Origin: Acidimicrobiales bacterium
Lineage (GTDB): Bacteria; Actinomycetota; Acidimicrobiia; Acidimicrobiales; Salinilacustritrichaceae
NCBI GenBank assembly: GCA_035529695.1
Contig: DATKWD010000108.1
Coordinates: 27,508-91,507, forward strand
Direction: 5' to 3'
Length of the DNA: 64,000 nucleotides
In this document: positions 39,001 to 46,713 of the stretch, piece after piece
Layout of the letters: each line of letters begins with the position of its first letter
Position numbering within the stretch: position 1 is the stretch's first letter
The notes under the pieces: generated by a model
Seen by the model: the letters and a program-made list of their open reading frames with translations, nothing else
The model's database searches: none
Told to the model about the DNA's origin: nothing
Program-made: the position numbers and the translations under genes

Positions 39001-39293
39001 GGAACCCTGCGGTCGAGGACCAGGCCCGCGACCGCGTGTGGAGGATCGGCCAGAAGAACAAGGTCATCTGCCATCGCCTGGTGTGTCCCGGCACCGTCGA
39101 CGAACGGGTCGAAGAGGTCGTGGCGGGCAAGCGACGGATCGCCGACATGGTCCTCCCCAAGTCGAGCTCGGTCGGCGACCTCGACAGCCAGCAGCTCCAG
39201 GTCGCGCTCGGCATCGACCCCGACCAGCTGCTCACCGACGACGAGACCGATCTCGACACCACCGCCCTCGCCTCGACCGGAGCCCCGGCATGA
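36021..39293 (+). CDS. SNF2-family (SF2) helicase/ATPase with a long N-terminal helicase-associated region
   Basis: Motif I LALDMGLGKT, II LDEAQAIKN, III LTGTPIEN and VI QARDRVWRIGQ. ATG 36021 is chosen; the longest ORF starts at 35841. Confidence 0.9.
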   Translation: MPAPSTQGEFELLVQDHLDQIADDAVESVLRADEQRWRRTLQRIFDDVDDTLFDLRRDYRGPNRAQVLADFEDQRARVAIVLGSLGDDIDLDELDAVDDDLVTPPGERAATPTETAPRPKDGVAQLQLSWTPGQLIAWSSGPNARHERTDAVLARLEKIGGGQLGWQERRAVKVPDGSRADATETDIINGLGWLTALRTVTDDTTGASVSWMGAVAALAVQLATQGRMVPTVKKLKRRLTDEQREKQLASYVVRWVPALIEEAELTALAESLPPAVTVLENRRDAKAFTIAVLSDLIDAVCCTAAARLETPAPPEDPRTKTDVSEVMLANLDGKIFDAPSRYGSEIASRIDRWSRPITGPLSVKLTVLLDPPGDANDWYLAVKAPGPDGDLEPIESAMVNSGSGRGKDLQDHLTRLERLFPPLLRPGARRRGEVILSQDEAWQLMSGTGDALMAAGYDVRIPLLGKGKPAPSLKLTADDADESVVGAQQLANVSWSAVFDDVELTAEDIRALAAEARPLVQSRGRWVELDKADLAAAARALADRADTSRLTGADMLRHALGLEGSPLSGGISLGGEGWAADLLRSAGDIPDDLPTSPDGFEGELRHYQAEALAWLQFLDRSGLGGCLALDMGLGKTPTMLADILSSTSDGPSLVIAPPAVVGNWAVEARRFTPGLDVVVHHGPNRVDAARFDAMANQADLVITTYGTAVRDVDALEKVAWGKVVLDEAQAIKNPASDTAQQLRRIPARTRLALTGTPIENGLGDLWAILDFANPGLVGPRASFIASLSEAGTGKDAAERALRALNGILVFRRTKLEPAIAAELPDRIDELDHCAMTAEQIGLYQAVLDDLVRETADDGTPQRKGAVLAAITALKQICNHPVNFQPDDDGPIEGRSGKLARLDEILETVFAAGERVLVFTHFASWGERLAVHLSERFDMHVPCYHGGLGRGARDKLVSTFQEGTGAGAMVLSLKAGGTGLNLTAANHVVLYDRWWNPAVEDQARDRVWRIGQKNKVICHRLVCPGTVDERVEEVVAGKRRIADMVLPKSSSVGDLDSQQLQVALGIDPDQLLTDDETDLDTTALASTGAPA

Positions 39294-39640
39294 GTGACGG
39301 ACCCGACCAGAACCAGAACCGGAACTCGAACCGGCGCCGCCGCAGCGGCCGCGGGCGCTCCGGCGGAGCCCCGGGCGCCGCCAAGCCGAAGGCGGGGACC
39401 CCCGACGAGTTCTGGGGCGACGTCGACGCGATCCCCGACACGGCCAACTCGGTCCACATCACCCATGCGCCGGCCGCCGTCGTCCAGTCGCTCGGTCGGG
39501 TGCCCCTGCCCGGCCACGAGGTCCCGGCCGAACACACGCTCAAGCTGGTCTACGAGTACGCGGTCAACCTGGCATCGACCCTCGCGGTCGCCGGCGAACT
39601 GATCGATCCCGAGGAGCTGCAGGGCTCGAACGGCGGCTGA
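39290..39640 (+). CDS. Hypothetical protein with an Arg/Gly-rich N-terminus (116 aa)
   Basis: The ATG overlaps the SNF2 stop (ATGA at 39290-39293). NRRRRSGRGRSGG is followed by a folded-looking C-terminal half. Third codon positions are G/C-rich. Confidence 0.55.
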   Translation: MSDGPDQNQNRNSNRRRRSGRGRSGGAPGAAKPKAGTPDEFWGDVDAIPDTANSVHITHAPAAVVQSLGRVPLPGHEVPAEHTLKLVYEYAVNLASTLAVAGELIDPEELQGSNGG

Positions 39641-40017
39641 TGGACGCGACGCGGGTCGACCGGTGGTTGTGGGCGGTCCGCTTGGCCAAGACTCGGTCGG
39701 CAGCAACCGCGTTGTGCAAGGGCGGGCACGTCGAAGTGAACGGTCGCCCTGCCAAGGCGTCCACGGCGGTGACGGTCGGCGATCGCGTGGCGGCTCGCAT
39801 CCACCAGCGTGAGCGGGTCATCGAGGTCACCAGGATCATCGACAAGCGGGTCGGCGCCACGGTCGCGGTCGAGTGCTACGACGACCACTCACCGCCAGAA
39901 CCCGCACGCGACCCCTCGTTCGGCGACGCTCCGGTGGCTCGACGCGAGCCGGGAGCCGGTCGGCCGACGAAGCGAGACCGGCGCCGGCTCGAGCGGTGGC
40001 AGCGGGAGAACCGCTGA
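39640..40017 (+). CDS. S4-domain RNA-binding protein (Hsp15/HslR-like)
   Basis: RVDRWLWAVRLAKTRSAATALCKGGHVEVNGRPAKAS is a canonical S4 motif. The start overlaps the preceding stop (TGATG). Confidence 0.8.
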   Translation: MDATRVDRWLWAVRLAKTRSAATALCKGGHVEVNGRPAKASTAVTVGDRVAARIHQRERVIEVTRIIDKRVGATVAVECYDDHSPPEPARDPSFGDAPVARREPGAGRPTKRDRRRLERWQRENR

Positions 40018-40068
40018 CCGCGAATCTCTGACGGCCTCGGACCCGGCTGCCTGCAACACTCGACGGTC

Positions 40069-41280
40069 ATGACCTCGATTCGTCCCTACGAGGCCGCCGA
40101 CCTCGATGCCATCACCCGCATCTGGCGAGAGATCGGATGGATCGACGACAGCGAGGCCAACGCGGCCGGCCTCGAGCGGTTTCTCGACGGTGGAAACGCC
40201 GTCGTCGGCGACATCGATGGCACGGCTGAGTGCCTGGTCAAGACGTCGGCGGGCCGCATGCGGTACCTGGACGCCGATCTCACGGCCACGTTCGTCATGG
40301 CGGTCACCACCAGCCGTGTCGCTCGTCGCGGCGGCTTGGCGACGACGCTGACCGCGCAGGAGTTGATCCATGCTGCGCGCGACGGAGCGCAGGTCGCCGC
40401 GCTGGGCATGTTCGAGCAGGGCTTCTACGACCGGTTCGGCTTCGGGACGGGAAGCTACGAGCACCGCTTCAAGTTCGATCCGTCGACCCTTCGGGTTCCC
40501 GTGCCCGATCGACCGACGGTCCGCATCACGTTCGACGACGCTGCGGACGTGCACCAACTCACGCAACGAGCAGCACGGCGGCACGGCGGCTTCGTCGTCG
40601 ACGAACCGGGGTGGGCGGACGCCGAGCTTCGCTTCTTGGACAAGTTCGTCGGGCTCGGGTTGCGCGCTTCGGATGGACGCCTCAGCGCCGTCCTCGCCGG
40701 GAGCGCCGTCGGTTCGGATCACGCAGACGTCGCGATGTTCGTCGCGGAAACCCCGGCCGATGCGCTCGACCTGCTCGGAGTCATCAAGGGTCTGTCCGAT
40801 CAGTGGATCACGGTCAAGATGGTCGAGCCGCCGGGGATCCAACTCCAGGACCTGATCGACCGCCCATTGCGGCAACGAACGATGGCGTGGCGCGAAACGG
40901 GGGGTGCGTTTCAGACGGCGCTGGGGTGGTGGCAGATGCGGATCCTCGATCTGGTTTCGTGCGTTCGACGGATTCGGTGGATCGGCGAACCCCTGCAACT
41001 CGTCCTCAGGCTGGACGATCCGTTGGGGCCGGACGAAGACACGAATCTCTCGGGCGACTGGGTGATGTCACTCGGTCCTGACCCGGACATCGAACGTGGC
41101 ACGGCGGCCGACCTCCCGGTGCTTTCGGCCGGCATCTCGAGCTTCTCGCGGCTCTGGCTCGGCGTCCGGTCGGCGACGACCCTCTCGCAGTCGACCGACC
41201 TCGGCGGCCCGGAATCGCTGCTCGAGTCGATCGATCGCGGACTGGTTCTCCCACGACCCGAACCCGGGATGTACTTCTGA
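40069..41280 (+). CDS. GNAT-family N-acetyltransferase, Eis-like three-domain type
   Basis: About 400 aa. It begins IRPYEAADLDAITRIW, with the acetyl-CoA loop VARRGGLATTL and a long C-terminal SCP2-like region. Confidence 0.65.
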   Translation: MTSIRPYEAADLDAITRIWREIGWIDDSEANAAGLERFLDGGNAVVGDIDGTAECLVKTSAGRMRYLDADLTATFVMAVTTSRVARRGGLATTLTAQELIHAARDGAQVAALGMFEQGFYDRFGFGTGSYEHRFKFDPSTLRVPVPDRPTVRITFDDAADVHQLTQRAARRHGGFVVDEPGWADAELRFLDKFVGLGLRASDGRLSAVLAGSAVGSDHADVAMFVAETPADALDLLGVIKGLSDQWITVKMVEPPGIQLQDLIDRPLRQRTMAWRETGGAFQTALGWWQMRILDLVSCVRRIRWIGEPLQLVLRLDDPLGPDEDTNLSGDWVMSLGPDPDIERGTAADLPVLSAGISSFSRLWLGVRSATTLSQSTDLGGPESLLESIDRGLVLPRPEPGMYF

Positions 41281-41313
41281 CGTGCTGAGGTCGCCACCAC
41301 CTACAGTCCGGGC

Positions 41314-42057
41314 ATGGATCTGGGAATCTCGGGCCGGACTGCTGCCGTCGCCGGGGCATCGTCGGGACTCGGCCGCGCGTCGGCCGAGGCATTGGTCGCC
41401 GAGGGTGCGCGGGTCGTCGTCTGCGGGCGAGACCGTGCACGGATCGACGCGGCCGCTGCGGAGATCGGCGGCGATGTGGTTGCGCTGGTGGCAGACGTGT
41501 CGACGATCGAGGGAGCCACGACATTCGTCACCGACGCCACCGAGGCACTCGGCCACCTCGACATCCTGGTCACCAACGCCGGCGGACCTCCGCCGGGCAG
41601 CTTCGCATCGACCGACCTCGATGCGTATGTCGCTGCGGTGCAGTTGAACCTGCTGTCGACCGTCGCCATGTGCAAGGCGGCGATTCCCGCCATGCAGGAG
41701 CGAGGGTGGGGGCGCGTCGTCGCCATCACCTCGGCCACCGTGCAGCAACCAGAACCCCAACTCATCCTCAGCAACACGGCCCGAACCGGTGCAACCGCCT
41801 TTCTCAAGACGGTCGCCACCGAGGTCGCCCCCGACGGCGTGACGGTGAACTGGGCCCAACCGGGCTTCCATGACACGCCGCGCCTTGCAGATCTGGGCAT
41901 CGACCTCGAGGCGCTGGCCCAATCGGTGCCGACCCGATCGATCGGCGACGCGGCCGACTTCGGCTCGATCGTCGCGTTTCTCTGCTCTGAACCCGCCAAG
42001 TACGTGACCGGGACCGGGATCCGGGTCGACGGTGGACGAACCCTGGGCCTGCCCTGA
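41314..42057 (+). CDS. SDR-family oxidoreductase
   Basis: TAAVAGASSGLG (TGxxxGxG), NAGG, and a Y/K region in a classical 247-aa SDR. Confidence 0.9.
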   Translation: MDLGISGRTAAVAGASSGLGRASAEALVAEGARVVVCGRDRARIDAAAAEIGGDVVALVADVSTIEGATTFVTDATEALGHLDILVTNAGGPPPGSFASTDLDAYVAAVQLNLLSTVAMCKAAIPAMQERGWGRVVAITSATVQQPEPQLILSNTARTGATAFLKTVATEVAPDGVTVNWAQPGFHDTPRLADLGIDLEALAQSVPTRSIGDAADFGSIVAFLCSEPAKYVTGTGIRVDGGRTLGLP

Positions 42058-43691
42058 TGGCCAAGACGTCGCATGCCTGCACGAACTGCGGGGCGGCGCT
42101 CGCCATCCCCGCTCGTCACGATCGCTACTTCTCGTGCAGGTTCTGCGGGTCGGTGCTCGAGGACACGACACCGCCCGAGCAGCAGGGGGCCGGTGCCATC
42201 ACGATCCGGCTCGCCGAATCGACGTCCATCGACGCCTCAGAGCTCATCTCCTACGCGGCTCCGGCCGCTCGCACCGCCGGCCGGGTCATGGTGATCGTGA
42301 CCCTGGTCATCCTGGCTGTCAGCGCGGCTGGGATCTTCGTCGCCGTACGGGCGGTCACCGACTCCACGACCCAGAACGCCGAGGCGAAGACTGCCGACGG
42401 CGAGGGCATCGAGATCTTCAACTACGCCACCGCCACCGTGGTGGCGTCGGACACCAGCACCGGACCCGACCTCGTCGCCGTGTCACGCGGGCCCGACGGC
42501 GACCGTGTGATCTATGCCGACCTCGATGCCGAGACCCCCTTCCGATGGAGCGTCGGCGTCGGACTCGAAGCCGACGTCTTCACCCAGTTCGTGGTTGACG
42601 ACGAGCTGGTGGTGCTCACCTCGGAATCGACGCTTGTCGCGCTCAACCGCGCCACCGGGACCGAAGCGTGGCGCGCTTCGCTCACCGACAAGCTGCAGCC
42701 GAACATCTGCAGCAACTGCCTCGCGGCCTTCGGCGACGACGTCGTCACCCTCACCGTCGACGGGGTCCTGACGGCTCATGTGCGCTCGACCGGCGAGCAG
42801 CGCTGGTCGGTGACCCTGACCGACACGCCACGGCAGATCGTCGATTTCGGCGGCAGCCCCGCCGTCCTCGATGCCGGCGATGACGGCCAGGTCTTCCTCG
42901 AGGTCCACGACTCGACCACCGGTGCGTTGTCGCGATCGGTCGCCTTGACCTGTCCCGATCCCACCTTTGGCGGACGGCGTGCCGTGAGCAGCGTCTTCGA
43001 GACGCTGCACCCGGTCGAGAACGGCGTCGTCTTCTTCGGCGACCCGGTGTTCGGGCCGTGCGTCCAGCGGATCGACCCTCCGGGTGACGGGCCGACCTGG
43101 GAAACCCCGTTCGCCTCGCAGGAGGGCCTCGATCCGTCACCCGAGGAGGTGCTGGTGACCGGCGGCGCGCTGATCCAGACCGCCGACGGGAACGTCGCCG
43201 CGGTCGATCTCTCCACCGGGGCGACCCGGTCGATCCTGACCATCGACGACGGCGACGTCTTCCCCGTTGCCGCCGATTCGCGGGTCGTCGTGGTCGTCGT
43301 CGAATCGACGAGGGGAAGCGGATCGCACCAACTCCGAGCGATCGATCTCGCGACCGGCAACATCAAGTGGACCTTCGACCTCGCCTCGACCGACCGCCTC
43401 GAGCGCGGGAATGGCATGTCCATCTCCGGCGATGCCTGGGCGGCCGATCTGACGAGCGTCGGCCTCTCGGTGCTGCAGTACCGGGAGGCCGACGACGAGA
43501 TCGTCCTCCAGACCATCCCGCTCGAGAGTGGCACCGCGTCGGCACCCGTGACCATCGGGCTCACGGGCTTCGGCTTCTCGGCCAACCCGTCGGTCGTCGG
43601 CTGGACCGGCGACACCCTTCACCTGCTGGTCGACGGCACGATCCTCGGGGTCGACGCCACCACGGGCAAGATCACGAATCGGGCACCCTGA
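42057..43691 (+). CDS. Zinc-ribbon / TM / PQQ-like beta-propeller repeat protein
   Basis: CTNCGAAL...FSCRFCGS (2 x CxxC), the TM helix VMVIVTLVILAVSAAGIFVAV, and repeated propeller blades (ALNRATGTEAWR, AIDLATGNIKWTF). The ATG overlaps the SDR stop. Confidence 0.7.
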   Translation: MAKTSHACTNCGAALAIPARHDRYFSCRFCGSVLEDTTPPEQQGAGAITIRLAESTSIDASELISYAAPAARTAGRVMVIVTLVILAVSAAGIFVAVRAVTDSTTQNAEAKTADGEGIEIFNYATATVVASDTSTGPDLVAVSRGPDGDRVIYADLDAETPFRWSVGVGLEADVFTQFVVDDELVVLTSESTLVALNRATGTEAWRASLTDKLQPNICSNCLAAFGDDVVTLTVDGVLTAHVRSTGEQRWSVTLTDTPRQIVDFGGSPAVLDAGDDGQVFLEVHDSTTGALSRSVALTCPDPTFGGRRAVSSVFETLHPVENGVVFFGDPVFGPCVQRIDPPGDGPTWETPFASQEGLDPSPEEVLVTGGALIQTADGNVAAVDLSTGATRSILTIDDGDVFPVAADSRVVVVVVESTRGSGSHQLRAIDLATGNIKWTFDLASTDRLERGNGMSISGDAWAADLTSVGLSVLQYREADDEIVLQTIPLESGTASAPVTIGLTGFGFSANPSVVGWTGDTLHLLVDGTILGVDATTGKITNRAP

Positions 43692-43696
43692 CCTCG

Positions 43697-44848
43697 ATGC
43701 GTGACCCCAGCGACGACTTCCCGGCGATCGCCGATCTCGAACACCGAGCCCGCAAGCGCATCCCGCACTTCGCGTGGGAGTACCTGGCCAGCGGGACCGG
43801 TGCCGACCAGGCGTTGCAGCGCAACCTCGACAAGTTGGCCGAGATCCGTCTGTTGCCACAGCTGCTCAAGGGTCCGCTCGAGCCCGACATCTCGACCGAG
43901 CTGTTCGGGGTCGCGTACTCGGCGCCGATCGGGATCGCGCCGGTCGGGCTCACGGGCCTGATCTGGCCCGGCGCCGACGAAGCGCTCGCCACGACGGCCG
44001 CCGATCGGCGGATCCCCTACGTGCTGTCGACGGTCGCGACCGAGCGTCCCGAGGTGGCGGGGCCGAATGCCGGCGGGATGGGCTGGTACCAGCTCTATCC
44101 GCCACGGGACGAACGAATCCGCGCATCGATGCTCGAACGAGCGGCCGAGTCGGGGTTCACGGCCCTCGTGGTGACCGCCGACGTGCCGGCGCCGAGCCAG
44201 CGCGAACGTCAGCGCAAGGCCCGCATTCGCGTGCCACCGAAGATCGGACCGACCCTCGCGGCGCAGGCTGCGTTGTGCCCTGCGTGGACCCTGGCGCTCG
44301 CTCGCAACGGACTCCCGCGGTTTCGCGGACTCGAGGCCTATCTCGATCGCTCCACGATGCAGAAGAGTGCCGGATTCGTCGGGGCGAACCTCGGCGGCAC
44401 ATTGTCGTTCGCCTACCTCGCTGAGCTCCGAGAGCTCTGGGAAGGCCCGATCATCGTGAAGGGCATCCTCGACCCCGACGATGCACAGCGCTGCATCGAC
44501 GTCGGAGCCGACGCCATCGGGGTCTCGAACCACGGCGGCAGGCAGCTCGATGCGGCGCCGGCCGCCATCGAGGCGCTTCCGGTGATCGTCGACCGCGTCG
44601 GAACAGCCGTTCCGGTCCTCTTCGACAGCGGCGTACGCTCAGGACTCGACGTCGCCCGTGCACTCGCGCTGGGTGCGTCGTTCGTCTTCTGCGGACGGGC
44701 GTTCATGTTCGGTCTGGGTGCGCTCGGCCGCAGCGGCGCCGGGCACGCGCTCGACATCCTCACCGAGGGGCTGTGCAACGTCATGGTCCAGACCGGCTGC
44801 GATTCGACCAGCCAGCTCGCAGATCGCCTGGTGACCCCACTGCGCTAA
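43697..44848 (+). CDS. FMN-dependent alpha-hydroxy-acid dehydrogenase/oxidase (LldD/glycolate-oxidase family)
   Basis: DLEHRARKRIPHFAWEYL, WYQLY and VSNHGGRQLD are hallmark motifs. Confidence 0.85.
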   Translation: MRDPSDDFPAIADLEHRARKRIPHFAWEYLASGTGADQALQRNLDKLAEIRLLPQLLKGPLEPDISTELFGVAYSAPIGIAPVGLTGLIWPGADEALATTAADRRIPYVLSTVATERPEVAGPNAGGMGWYQLYPPRDERIRASMLERAAESGFTALVVTADVPAPSQRERQRKARIRVPPKIGPTLAAQAALCPAWTLALARNGLPRFRGLEAYLDRSTMQKSAGFVGANLGGTLSFAYLAELRELWEGPIIVKGILDPDDAQRCIDVGADAIGVSNHGGRQLDAAPAAIEALPVIVDRVGTAVPVLFDSGVRSGLDVARALALGASFVFCGRAFMFGLGALGRSGAGHALDILTEGLCNVMVQTGCDSTSQLADRLVTPLR

Positions 44849-44945
44849 CTCCGGGACTGCCGGCGATCTCCGCGTCCGCCGTGGTCTCCGTCGCTCTCTG
44901 CCGGGTGAACCACGGCAGAAACTGCGATCCACGGCAGACGGCGGA

Positions 44946-46235
44946 TCAGGGGTGCCAGACCGGGTCGGCGCTGCCGAGCGGTTGTGGCCCGTGTGTCCAC
45001 GAACCACTGACCGGTTTGGCCGCGGTGATCACCCCGAACGGAGTGTCGACGGTGCACCGTGTCGAGTCGGTGAGGGCGAGCGGCGCCGGCTCGAAGGGGT
45101 CGGGTCCACCCAGGCCCACGAGCCAGTTCCGCGTGCGGAGCAGCGACAGCCGAGCCAGCCACGTGCCGCCGTGCTCGGCCTGATGGGCAAGGAGTTGAGT
45201 CGCCGCGAAGGCCGCCAGGAACCCGGTGCAGTAGTCGAGGGCCTGGACCGGTAGCGGAGTCGGGCGGTCGGCTCCGGCAGCCTGCTGCCCGGCCCGCACG
45301 ATGCCCGTCGTCGACTGGACGATCGAGTCGAAGCCGCGGCGACCCGCCCACGGGCCGACCCAGTCGAACGCACACAGCTGAACGGCGACGGTGCCCGGCG
45401 CGATCGCTTCGACCCCGAACCCGTGCCTCGCGAACGCCCCAGGGCGATACGCGTCGACCCAGACATCGGCACCTCCCAACAGCTCGGCGAAGTCGGCTCG
45501 CCCGGACTCGTGGCGAAGATCGACGAATGCGTTGCGCTTCCCGAAACCGGTGGCGAGCACGCACAACTCGACGCTGGGGAGATCTGGCGAGCCGACCCGG
45601 AGCACGTCGGCTCCGTGTGCCGCGAGCGTCGTCCCCGCGATGGGCCCCGCGAGCACGCGAGAACAGTCGAGCACGCGCGGGCGTCGGCCGGGATCTCTCG
45701 GCTCGGCCTCACCGATTCGTTCGATCGAGATGACCGGGAGGTTCGCCGTGGCCGCTGCGTGCGGGTGGGCATCCCACTCATCCAGCGTGCGCAGGCGGGC
45801 CGCGATCATGCCGTCGGCGATCAGCACCTCTTCGAGCTCGGCCGGATCCCAGTCGAGGACAGCCTCCTGAACAGCCTCCGTCGTGGGCGCACACCCGAGC
45901 CGTCTCACGATGCCGGCGGCGTGGTGGCCGAAGTTGCAGTGGAACTGGATGTGACCGTCGTCGCTCGTGCGGTAGTAGCCCGAGAGGTCGGCCCAGCCCG
46001 TGAGCGGCCGGCCGTCACGGTCGATTCGGGTCGCGAACGTCTCGACCACTCGGTTCCGGTCGATCGACATCGATCCGTTGGCCAGGGCAGCCGCCCCGAC
46101 ACTCGCCATCGCAGCGGTGGTGACGTCGAACGCCGAGGCGAACCGGCTCGACCCGATGAACTCGAGAGCGTCGATCGGCAACGAAGGTCCGGGCACGAGA
46201 GCGGCCACCTGCTCGACCACATCATGAACCGTCAC
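44946..46235 (-). CDS. Family III (CaiB/BaiF) CoA-transferase
   Basis: RVLDCSRVLAGP and the GFDSIVQSTTG (catalytic Asp) contexts. A GTG 46235 start is inferred because the longer ORF overlaps the GNAT gene. Confidence 0.8.
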   Translation of the reverse strand: MTVHDVVEQVAALVPGPSLPIDALEFIGSSRFASAFDVTTAAMASVGAAALANGSMSIDRNRVVETFATRIDRDGRPLTGWADLSGYYRTSDDGHIQFHCNFGHHAAGIVRRLGCAPTTEAVQEAVLDWDPAELEEVLIADGMIAARLRTLDEWDAHPHAAATANLPVISIERIGEAEPRDPGRRPRVLDCSRVLAGPIAGTTLAAHGADVLRVGSPDLPSVELCVLATGFGKRNAFVDLRHESGRADFAELLGGADVWVDAYRPGAFARHGFGVEAIAPGTVAVQLCAFDWVGPWAGRRGFDSIVQSTTGIVRAGQQAAGADRPTPLPVQALDYCTGFLAAFAATQLLAHQAEHGGTWLARLSLLRTRNWLVGLGGPDPFEPAPLALTDSTRCTVDTPFGVITAAKPVSGSWTHGPQPLGSADPVWHP

Positions 46236-46263
46236 GGCGGCACCGTATCGAGCGAGGTGCGGG

Positions 46264-46713
46264 TCAGTCGCGCAGGTCGAACCGGTAGACGTTGGTCTCG
46301 CGTTGCGCGAACCCGACCTTCTTGTAGAGATGGTTGGCCTGCTCGCGGCTCGGTCGCGAGGTGAGATCGACCGTGATGCACCCGAGGTCACGCGCCCGCT
46401 CGAGCATGGCGACGGTCAGACTGGTCCCGACACCGCGGCCCGACGCGGCGGGATCGGCGATCACATCCTCGACCCACGCTCGCAGACCGGTCGGAATCCG
46501 AAAGACCGCAAGGGTCGCGACCCCGACGATACGTCCGCCATCGAGGTCGTCGCGGGCCACGAACTGATCGGTGGCAGGCGAACCGACGATCTCGACCAGC
46601 TGGGCTCGTCCGGGCGGCGGATTCGACTTCGACAGATGAGGAGTGAGCCGATCGAACGCCTCGACGAGTTCGTCGGTGACCGGGCCGTCCCAGATCGAAC
46701 AGGTGATGGTCAT
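46264..46713 (-). CDS. GNAT-family N-acetyltransferase (149 aa)
   Basis: Acetyl-CoA motif A DPAASGRGVGTSL and C-terminal ANHLYKKVGF. The ATG overlaps the upstream stop (ATGA at 46710-46713). Confidence 0.8.
   Translation of the reverse strand: MTITCSIWDGPVTDELVEAFDRLTPHLSKSNPPPGRAQLVEIVGSPATDQFVARDDLDGGRIVGVATLAVFRIPTGLRAWVEDVIADPAASGRGVGTSLTVAMLERARDLGCITVDLTSRPSREQANHLYKKVGFAQRETNVYRFDLRD

Noticed and set aside
44897-44938. Repeated ccacggcaga (44910-44919 and 44929-44938) with the complementary tctgccg (44897-44903) between convergent genes
   Set aside because: These are short 7-bp stems, most simply a weak terminator region. Nothing suggests a mobile or regulatory element.
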